From the NCBI RefSeq assembly GCF_018336915.1, contig NZ_CP064923.1:3540001-3572000 (forward strand): 32,000 nucleotides of DNA, read 5' to 3'. This stretch comes from Acaryochloris marina S15. Its GTDB lineage: Bacteria > Cyanobacteriota > Cyanobacteriia > Thermosynechococcales > Thermosynechococcaceae. Below, piece after piece: positions 9,997-16,959 of this stretch. A program made the position numbers and the translations under genes. The notes below the pieces were generated by a model, which made no database searches, was not told where the DNA came from, and was given only the letters and a program-made list of their open reading frames with translations. Each line of letters begins with the position of its first letter. Position 1 is the stretch's first letter.

Positions 9997-11805
9997 ATGC
10001 CCACTCCTTCTCACCCAGTCCAAGACCGTCGGGCCGCGATCAAAGCCCGAATCCAAACGAAGCAGCCCCATCGAGTTACTAATCAGCGATTACGCTTATT
10101 CCTGGTTTGGTTGGTGGTATTTGGAGGCATTGTGGGCTTGTTAGCCCGGTTAGTCTATTTGCAAATTAGTGCGGCCCCCTTTCTCCGAACGAAAGCCCAA
10201 CAACAACAGCTAGGCGGTCTTCCTGAGCGCACCTTCCGCTATCCGATTATGGATAGCCAGGGTAATCTACTGGCTAAGGATGAACCCGTCTTTCGTCTGT
10301 TTGCCCATCCCTTTTTATTCCAAAGACAACCGGATGAAATTGCTCAAGCATTAGCCCCTGTTCTCGACCGCTCATCGGATTCTCTGACAGAGCTATTCAA
10401 AACCGGAGAGAGTGGGATTCCAATTGGGTATCGTCTATCGGAAACCGAAGCAGAGAAAATCAACAATCTCTATTTAGATGGATTAGAAATTACGCGGGAA
10501 TGGCAACGGGTCTATCCCCAGTCGGGACTGACCTCGGGATTGGTCGGGTATGTCAATACCGAAAACCAAGGACAATCTGGCATTGAATATAGTCAGCAAC
10601 CCCTCTTAAAAGGAGATCCCATTCCCTTGCTAGTGACTCGGGATGGTCAGGGTAAGCTCTTGCCGGATCGATTTCCCTTAGAGCCGCTAAATGCCAATGA
10701 CTTGACCCTGAAGTTGACCCTAGATACGCGACTTCAACGGTCGGCCCGACAAGCCCTTCATAAACAAATGGCAAAGTTCCGAGCCAAGCGGGGCACTGTC
10801 ATTGTGATGGATGTCGAAGATGGCTCCCTCAAGGCTTTGGCCTCGGAACCCTCTTTTAATCCCCAGCGTTACTTTGAAGCCAATACTGAACTGTTTAAAA
10901 ACTGGGCCATTTCAGATCTTTATGAGCCGGGGTCTACCTTCAAGCCAATCAATATTGCCATCGCATTAGAATCCAATGCCATCAAAGCTGATAGTGTTTT
11001 CCACGATGGTGGTCAAATTACCATCGGTGGCTGGCCGATTAATAATGCCGACAACTCAGGCCATGGCAACCTTTCCATTACGGGCATCCTGGAATATTCC
11101 AGTAACGTAGGTATGGTCCATGTCATGCAGCGGATGGATCGATCGGCCTACTACAATTACCTGAAAAAAATTGGGATTGGCCAAATTACGGGTACTGATC
11201 TTCCCTTTGAAACCCCCGGCCAGTTTAAGGATAAGCAGCAGTTTTTAGACTATCCCATTGAAGCGGCAACCGCGGCTTTCGGACAAGGATTTTCAGTCAC
11301 CCCTCTACAAATGGCACAGCTCCATGCAGCCATCGCCAACGGAGGCGAATTGGTGACTCCTCATGTCGTTGATGGTCTATACAATCCTGCTGGCAAAAAA
11401 ACCAAGGGATTAAATCTGATTCAACCCCGCCGCATTTTCTCTAAAGATACGGTAGCTAAGGTTCGGACCATGATGGGAAGTGTGGTGCAAAACGGCACGG
11501 GTAAACCCGCCAAAATTCCGGGTTATCGCTTAGGGGGTAAAACTGGAACGGCCCAAAAAGCGGATAGCGGTACCTATAGCAATGCGCGGATTACTAGCTT
11601 TGTAGCATCTTTCCCCTTGGAGTCCCCTAAATATGTAGTGCTGGCCGTTGTAGATGAACCTCAAGGGGGCAATGCTTACGGATCGACCGTGGCAGCTCCA
11701 GCTGTAAAGTCGGTGTTAGAAACCCTGATTAGTATTGAGGGCATCCCTCCCAGTCATCCTGCTGAATTGAAGGCAAAGCCGAAAGCATCTCGCTCCAACA
11801 ACTAA
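9997..11805 (+). CDS. ftsI: Class B penicillin-binding protein / peptidoglycan D,D-transpeptidase FtsI
   Basis: It has an N-terminal TM anchor and the transpeptidase motifs STFK (SxxK), SSN (SxN) and KTGTA (KTG). It lies in a dcw-type context after rsmH. Confidence 0.9.
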   Translation: MPTPSHPVQDRRAAIKARIQTKQPHRVTNQRLRLFLVWLVVFGGIVGLLARLVYLQISAAPFLRTKAQQQQLGGLPERTFRYPIMDSQGNLLAKDEPVFRLFAHPFLFQRQPDEIAQALAPVLDRSSDSLTELFKTGESGIPIGYRLSETEAEKINNLYLDGLEITREWQRVYPQSGLTSGLVGYVNTENQGQSGIEYSQQPLLKGDPIPLLVTRDGQGKLLPDRFPLEPLNANDLTLKLTLDTRLQRSARQALHKQMAKFRAKRGTVIVMDVEDGSLKALASEPSFNPQRYFEANTELFKNWAISDLYEPGSTFKPINIAIALESNAIKADSVFHDGGQITIGGWPINNADNSGHGNLSITGILEYSSNVGMVHVMQRMDRSAYYNYLKKIGIGQITGTDLPFETPGQFKDKQQFLDYPIEAATAAFGQGFSVTPLQMAQLHAAIANGGELVTPHVVDGLYNPAGKKTKGLNLIQPRRIFSKDTVAKVRTMMGSVVQNGTGKPAKIPGYRLGGKTGTAQKADSGTYSNARITSFVASFPLESPKYVVLAVVDEPQGGNAYGSTVAAPAVKSVLETLISIEGIPPSHPAELKAKPKASRSNN

Positions 11806-11882
11806 GAGAACTGCCTTTTTATGCCCACTTAAGTTGAAGGTGAGTATTGAGTTTAAATTTTTGCGCAAGCTCAATCCATCAA

Positions 11883-11909
11883 CAGCCTTATCATTCAATG
11901 ATAAGGCTG
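11883..11909. terminator. Perfect inverted repeat (13-nt arms CAGCCTTATCATT / AATGATAAGGCTG) between convergent ftsI and the DCC gene
   Basis: Read directly from the sequence. Its position between two convergent 3' ends suggests a bidirectional terminator. No strong U-tract follows. Confidence 0.45.
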
Positions 11910-12009
11910 GGGTGCTTGTAGGCAGACCCACATTTTCTGAACCATGAAGAGTCCGGGCCTACACAAGAGTTTGCACCTCAATTTGAAGTATTTGAGGGGC
12001 TAGAAAGAC

Positions 12010-12453
12010 TTAGGGGAGAAACCGTTTCCGTTCTGATTCACTGGGCATGCGGCAGGTGGCTCGTCGTCCAAATAGGCGATAACGATTACAAGCAATGAAA
12101 CGATAAATGCGATCGCGACCTGTTCGCGGAATCAAACTAATAGCATTGAAGACTGACCAAACACCACCCAAACGCTTACAGACTTGAATAAACGCATCGG
12201 ACTGATCGTACAGCTCACTCTCATCCCGATAGTAAATCGACCAGGCTTCCCGATCTATGGGCAATGGGGGTAAATACTGTCTGGCTGTTTGACCCTGTAA
12301 AGGGGCAATCAGGATGGTTCCTAGAGGATCGACTTTCAGTAGGATGTCGACAAAGCCATTACACATCACACATTCCCCATCAAAAAACACAATGGGCTGC
12401 TGAATAGAGACCGGCTGGCTGGCCGTCTGATTTGAAAGTTGCGGTGTCGCCAT
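12010..12453 (-). CDS. Thiol-disulfide oxidoreductase DCC family (DUF393)
   Basis: It has the FFDGECVMCNG (CxxC) motif and a family-typical C-terminus (RDRIYRFIACNRYRLFG). ATG 12453 is preferred over TTG 12465. Confidence 0.8.
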   Translation of the reverse strand: MATPQLSNQTASQPVSIQQPIVFFDGECVMCNGFVDILLKVDPLGTILIAPLQGQTARQYLPPLPIDREAWSIYYRDESELYDQSDAFIQVCKRLGGVWSVFNAISLIPRTGRDRIYRFIACNRYRLFGRRATCRMPSESERKRFLP

Positions 12454-12598
12454 GCTGTTGCTCAAAGAACCTATTTTGAATCTAACATGGCTGCTTTGGC
12501 ATTAGCATAGGGCTGTCTTGAGGGTTCAGACATATCCTTTAGCAGGAACGGCAGCTTTCGAGGTAGGATCTGCAAGTTACACCTATGCTAGTTGAACA

Positions 12599-12964
12599 AT
12601 GGCTGAGCGACCGATTAAGAAGTCTGAATTAGAAAAGCGTGCCCAGACTGAAGGCCAAACAGGCGATGACAAAAAACAAATTCAGAAGGGCCGTAAAGAT
12701 GGACGTGGAAAAGGTCGAAACAATAAAGACAGAGAAAAGAGAAAGCCTGCTGTTCCCCTAGCTTTGATGCGTGGTCCCAGGCCTTCAGCAAAGGTGGAAG
12801 AGCCCGAACCCGTGGAAACTCCAGAAGAAGCAATTGCAGAAACGACTACAGAAGAAGAAGGAGCCGTAGCTGAGGCCACAGAAACCGTCGCTGAAGCAGA
12901 AACCGACTCACCCAATGCCGACGCTAGTGAAGCCAGCGAGGCAGAACCAGCCCCTGATAATTAA
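12599..12964 (+). CDS. Hypothetical low-complexity protein with a basic N-terminal half and an acidic C-terminal half
   Basis: This is a 121-aa ORF with an ATG start. It has strong compositional bias (K/R/G, then E/A/T/P), and overlapping antisense ORFs arise from the same bias. No family is recognised, so coding status is uncertain. Confidence 0.4.
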   Translation: MAERPIKKSELEKRAQTEGQTGDDKKQIQKGRKDGRGKGRNNKDREKRKPAVPLALMRGPRPSAKVEEPEPVETPEEAIAETTTEEEGAVAEATETVAEAETDSPNADASEASEAEPAPDN

Positions 12965-12967
12965 GGG

Positions 12968-12998
12968 TACACATAACGTCCTAGAGACGTTATGTGTA
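12968..12998. terminator. Perfect hairpin (13-bp stem TACACATAACGTC / GACGTTATGTGTA, 5-nt loop) between convergent genes
   Basis: Read directly from the sequence. It starts 4 nt after the stop at 12964 and ends 19 nt before the M16 peptidase stop at 13017. Confidence 0.5.
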
Positions 12999-13016
12999 GG
13001 CTAAATCCCTAGAAAA

Positions 13017-14507
13017 TCAAGAAGCAACAGGTTGGGGAATCGTGATATCAATCGGTGTCACTGTTTTTCCTAACTCTTCTAGTGAGGGTTGGATCGCTGA
13101 GCGGTTCCCCACGACTAAAGTAACAATCTGTTCAGGCTGCAGATATTTCTTCGCTGCAGCCTGAACTTTTTCAGCAGTCATGGTTTTGACGGCTCGCTGA
13201 TATTGAAAGATAAAATCATCGGGATAGCCAAAGTACTCGTACCGCATTAAACGAGACAAGGTTTGGCCTGGGTCCTGAAAGTTGAAGACAAAAGAGTTGA
13301 GGATGGAGTCCTTGGCCTGTTGAAGCTCATCATTAGATAAAGGCGCTTCGCGTACCTTTTGCAGTTCACCCATCACCGCTTTGATAAATGGAACCGTTGC
13401 TTCAGAACGCGTCTGCCCCCCAGAAATAAATAGCCCTGGGTAATCGTAGCGAGCACTCCATACGGCATAAACGGAATAGGCCAATCCCTGGCGAGATCGT
13501 ACTTCGTTAAACAACCGTCCCCCAAAGCTGTTGAGAGCCTCATTCATTACCAATAACGAGAAAATATCAGGGTTATCAAACTGACCGCCCAAATGACCGA
13601 TTTGAACATTGCTTTGGGATAGTTGAGGCTGATCAACGACAAACGTCTCCCCGGCTTTTATTTGCTCTGCACTCGGTGCTGGAGGTGTTTCATCTCGCTC
13701 AGGTATCGCAGGCCAATCCCCAAATTCTTTTTTGATCCGCTGAGTCATGGCGGCAGGATCGAAGTCTCCCACAATTCCCAAAATCATGCAATTGGGGTGG
13801 AAGTTCTGTTGGTAAAAGGATTCAACATCGGTTTGGGAAATATTGTCGAGGGTTTGATATTCTTGGGTGCGCGCATAGGGGCTTTCTCCCCCATAAATCA
13901 GCTTTTTGAATTCTCGGCCTGTAATACTGTCAGGATCATCATTACGGCGGGCGATGTTTCCTCGACGTTGGGTCTTGGCGAGAACAAGCTTGTCTTTTTC
14001 AAACGCAGGTTCACGAATCACTTCTGAGAATAAACCGAAGACGGTGTCTAAATCTTCACTCAGGGCGGCAAAGGATGCACTACCGGAAGCAGTACTAATT
14101 CCAGTCTCCACAGATGCTGCCCGTTGCTCTAGCATTTGGTTAAGCTGCTCGGAGGGGTGCTGTTTGGTCCCTCCCGTCCGCATCACGGTGCCAACGATAT
14201 CAGCCAATCCCACTTTTTCGGCAGGCTCAAGCCGTGACCCCGTCCGCATACGGGCAATGCCATTTACCAAGGGCAACTCGTGATTTTCCATTAAGTAAAC
14301 GGTTAAACCGTTATCCAACTGGAAACGGCTATATTCTGGAATGGTTACCTCAGGAAGGGCCGGGAACTCCAATTCTGTATAGTGTTTAGCTGTGGCTGCC
14401 GTGCCCGGACGAATCGAACCAATGACTAGCAAGAGGGGAATGACTGCAAAGGCGATCAACCGCTGTAGGGTTCTACGTAGAAATCGGTTACGTTGGACGT
14501 TGGGCAT
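13017..14507 (-). CDS. M16 (pitrilysin/insulinase) family peptidase-like protein, predicted non-catalytic, with N-terminal signal/anchor
   Basis: The M16 two-domain pattern is present (LDNGLTVYL, GSRLEP, a second half with GGRLFNEVRSRQGLAYSVY). GLADIVGT sits where the HxxEH zinc motif is expected. The N-terminus has a hydrophobic signal-like segment. Confidence 0.8.
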   Translation of the reverse strand: MPNVQRNRFLRRTLQRLIAFAVIPLLLVIGSIRPGTAATAKHYTELEFPALPEVTIPEYSRFQLDNGLTVYLMENHELPLVNGIARMRTGSRLEPAEKVGLADIVGTVMRTGGTKQHPSEQLNQMLEQRAASVETGISTASGSASFAALSEDLDTVFGLFSEVIREPAFEKDKLVLAKTQRRGNIARRNDDPDSITGREFKKLIYGGESPYARTQEYQTLDNISQTDVESFYQQNFHPNCMILGIVGDFDPAAMTQRIKKEFGDWPAIPERDETPPAPSAEQIKAGETFVVDQPQLSQSNVQIGHLGGQFDNPDIFSLLVMNEALNSFGGRLFNEVRSRQGLAYSVYAVWSARYDYPGLFISGGQTRSEATVPFIKAVMGELQKVREAPLSNDELQQAKDSILNSFVFNFQDPGQTLSRLMRYEYFGYPDDFIFQYQRAVKTMTAEKVQAAAKKYLQPEQIVTLVVGNRSAIQPSLEELGKTVTPIDITIPQPVAS

Positions 14508-14644
14508 GGTTAACGTGCTTTTCCTATGGACAGCTCATCTCTAACAGATTAGCCTAAACTTTTACGAGACGATGGGTGAATTTATATCCTTTTGACCTGC
14601 TTTACAATTAAAAGTGCCCTTGTTGTTGCCTGAATCGTTCGCCT

Positions 14645-15049
14645 GTGAAAAAGCGCGTTACTCTTACGTTCCCTCGGCGAGCCGTTCCTGTCCCAGTCAC
14701 CTATCGATTGGCAAAGGAGTTCAATGTGGCGGCAAACATTATTCGTGCCCAGGTTGCCCCAAATCAAATTGGTAAGTTGGTGGTGGAATTAGCGGGGGAT
14801 ATTGACCAGCTTGATGCCGCCATTGATTGGATGCTGTCTCAAAATATTGATGTGTCTTCGTCTAATCGCGAAATTCTGATTGATGAAGATAGCTGTGTTC
14901 ACTGCGGTTTATGTACAGGGATATGCCCCACCCAGGCCCTTACCCTTGACCCCAAATCTTTTTTGCTGAACTTCACTCGATCTCGCTGCATCGTCTGTGA
15001 ACAATGTGTTCCTACTTGTCCAGTACAGGCAATTTCTACTAACTTTTGA
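14645..15049 (+). CDS. NIL domain plus 2x[4Fe-4S] ferredoxin-type protein
   Basis: An N-terminal NIL-like domain (LTFPRRAVPVPVTYRLAKEFNVAANIIRAQV) is followed by two Cys clusters, CVHCGLCTGICP and CIVCEQCVPTCP. The start is GTG. Confidence 0.75.
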   Translation: MKKRVTLTFPRRAVPVPVTYRLAKEFNVAANIIRAQVAPNQIGKLVVELAGDIDQLDAAIDWMLSQNIDVSSSNREILIDEDSCVHCGLCTGICPTQALTLDPKSFLLNFTRSRCIVCEQCVPTCPVQAISTNF

Positions 15050-15063
15050 TGGATGGTTACTCT

Positions 15064-15831
15064 TTAAATCACTATCACCGAAACCATCGCTTTTAGGTAA
15101 GATAACCCCGCTGCCATCAAAACCCCTGAATACTCGCCGTTGGGTAAATGCTGGGGAAGTTGAATAGAAATACTAATTGAACCTGTTGCGTCGGATGCAA
15201 GGCTTAGAGGGTTAGGGGCAATAGAGATGGCCTGCTGAGAAATCAGATCGCCGTCACAACCATATAGATCGGTGCAAAAGAACTTGGCCTGAATGGGTTC
15301 TTCGCTATCATTGTGAACCTTAAATGCGATCTGGACTGTCTCTCCAACATGGCTGGGATGAGCCGACTGCAGTAAAGGGACACTAGCCTCGCTCGATGGT
15401 GCTTGTTCTGACACCCCTCCCGTCCAATCTGATTTGAGGGAGAGTAGATTAGCTAATTCATTCACAAACTCATGCATTTCCCCTACTAAGCCTGGAACAG
15501 AATAGCTGGTGGGTCCAGAGGGAGTCGTATTTCCTAGATCTAGAGGAGAGGCAATGGTCTGGGCTGACTGTAAGGGCGTCGTTAGATCGTTATCAAGGAT
15601 AGCAGCAGCTTGCTGTACAAGGGCTTCAGGAGTCGGTATTGTTTCAGTTCCGCCCATCATAGGCTGAATAACTTCTGCAACAGGTTCTGTGAGTGCTTCT
15701 GGTTCAGCAGGTAGCCCTCCCATTTCAGAGACGGTAGGAGGGAGAGTCCCAACTTGATCCAGAAGGCCACGGATCGATGCGGGTAGCCCTTGGTCGATGA
15801 GCTGGAGGGGTTTGCGTCGATACTGTTTCAT
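15064..15831 (-). CDS. Hypothetical protein with a disordered P/E/T-rich N-terminal half and a beta-rich C-terminal domain (last gene of the encapsulin cluster)
   Basis: The ATG has GAGGA about 9 nt upstream. It lies 38 nt downstream of the polyprenyl synthase gene on the same strand. The C-terminal ~95 aa show an alternating beta-strand pattern (VQIAFKVHN...ISISIQLP...GEYSGVL). No family is recognised. Confidence 0.6.
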   Translation of the reverse strand: MKQYRRKPLQLIDQGLPASIRGLLDQVGTLPPTVSEMGGLPAEPEALTEPVAEVIQPMMGGTETIPTPEALVQQAAAILDNDLTTPLQSAQTIASPLDLGNTTPSGPTSYSVPGLVGEMHEFVNELANLLSLKSDWTGGVSEQAPSSEASVPLLQSAHPSHVGETVQIAFKVHNDSEEPIQAKFFCTDLYGCDGDLISQQAISIAPNPLSLASDATGSISISIQLPQHLPNGEYSGVLMAAGLSYLKAMVSVIVI

Positions 15832-15869
15832 CTTGACTGTCCTCTACTTGCTACTCAAAACCAGCGGTC

Positions 15870-16922
15870 CTACAGATTGCGGCTAATCATATAGTGAATC
15901 AATTTGGGGATAAACGCTTTCTCTTCAGAGTCGGGGGCATCGCCATAGGCCACTGAGAATTCTGCTAAGGCTGCTTCGGCAAACTGATGGGCGACTGCGA
16001 TCGCATAGGCAATACTGCCATAATCCTGCATTCGTTGAATCACCCAGCTCACCTCATCTTCAGACCGTTCATCTCGAGGCTTGTCCATAAAGAATTGCAA
16101 CATATTTCGCTCCGAAGGGGTGCCCTGTTTAAATAGGTGCACTAACATCAACGTTCGCTTCCCCTCCCAAATATCGCCACCAATTTCTTTGCCATACCGT
16201 TGAGAATCCCCCACCAAATTAAGCACATCATCCTGAATCTGAAAGGCAGCCCCCATAAAGTATCCAAATTTATTGAACCGATCGAGGTCTAGGGTGTCCT
16301 TGGAGGCAATCAAGCCGCCAATCCGGCAGGGATGCATAAAGCTATACCAACAGGTTTTGTTCAAAATCATCTGCAGGTAGTCGGTCTCAGTGACATCACA
16401 GCGATTGTCCCGTACCCAGCCCAGTTCTGAAGCTTGCCCCTCCAGGGATTTCAACATCAAATGCTCAAATTCTTCATAGATCCGTTGGGTCAGTTGATGG
16501 CCCAGCAAGGGGATATTCTCCCGTACCAATCTCAGGCTTAAGGCATTCATGGCATCGCCAATATTAACGGCGATGGGCACCCCCTGCTCAGCCTGCATGG
16601 TGGGCATCCGATGACGACATTCACTGTTATCTTCCACATCATCATGAACTAGGAAAGCATTGTGAATCATTTCTAAGGCAACGGCTGATTTGAGAGACTG
16701 TTCTTCAGTTCCCCCAAAGGCCTGACAGGTCGCCATACACAAGGCGGGTCGCAATCCCTTACCCATATGAGAGAGATGTCTTTTTAACGGCTCATACAGA
16801 TAGCGTTGGGGTTCTCCCGTCGGAATCACAGCCAACAAAGCGGCCAAAGTCACGTCTCGGTAATGACCGAGATGGACCTGAAGGGTCTCTAGATCCTGAG
16901 GGGCAAGGGCAGCTAGGGGCAC
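15870..16922 (-). CDS. Polyprenyl diphosphate synthase family protein (trans-IPPS, GGPP synthase type-III-like)
   Basis: The first Asp-rich motif is FLVHDDVEDNSECRHRMPT and the second is FQIQDDVLNLVGD. GKGLRP, EGQASELGW and GKEIGGDIWEGKRTL are also present. The GTG start has AGAGG 7 nt upstream. Confidence 0.85.
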   Translation of the reverse strand: MPLAALAPQDLETLQVHLGHYRDVTLAALLAVIPTGEPQRYLYEPLKRHLSHMGKGLRPALCMATCQAFGGTEEQSLKSAVALEMIHNAFLVHDDVEDNSECRHRMPTMQAEQGVPIAVNIGDAMNALSLRLVRENIPLLGHQLTQRIYEEFEHLMLKSLEGQASELGWVRDNRCDVTETDYLQMILNKTCWYSFMHPCRIGGLIASKDTLDLDRFNKFGYFMGAAFQIQDDVLNLVGDSQRYGKEIGGDIWEGKRTLMLVHLFKQGTPSERNMLQFFMDKPRDERSEDEVSWVIQRMQDYGSIAYAIAVAHQFAEAALAEFSVAYGDAPDSEEKAFIPKLIHYMISRNL

Positions 16923-16959
16923 AAGGCACCTCTTAACGGGTAGGGAATGAGACTATTCA

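Noticed and set aside
12615-12915. Two minus-strand ORFs (72 and 77 aa) overlapping the low-complexity ORF at 12599-12964
   Set aside because: They are products of the same compositional bias. The plus-strand frame has the ATG, the longer ORF and a downstream hairpin, though even that call is only moderate confidence.
13623-14283. Plus-strand ORFs (134 and 125 aa) inside the M16 peptidase gene
   Set aside because: They are antisense shadow ORFs of a well-supported 496-aa gene, with low-complexity, Arg/Ser-rich translations typical of non-coding frames.
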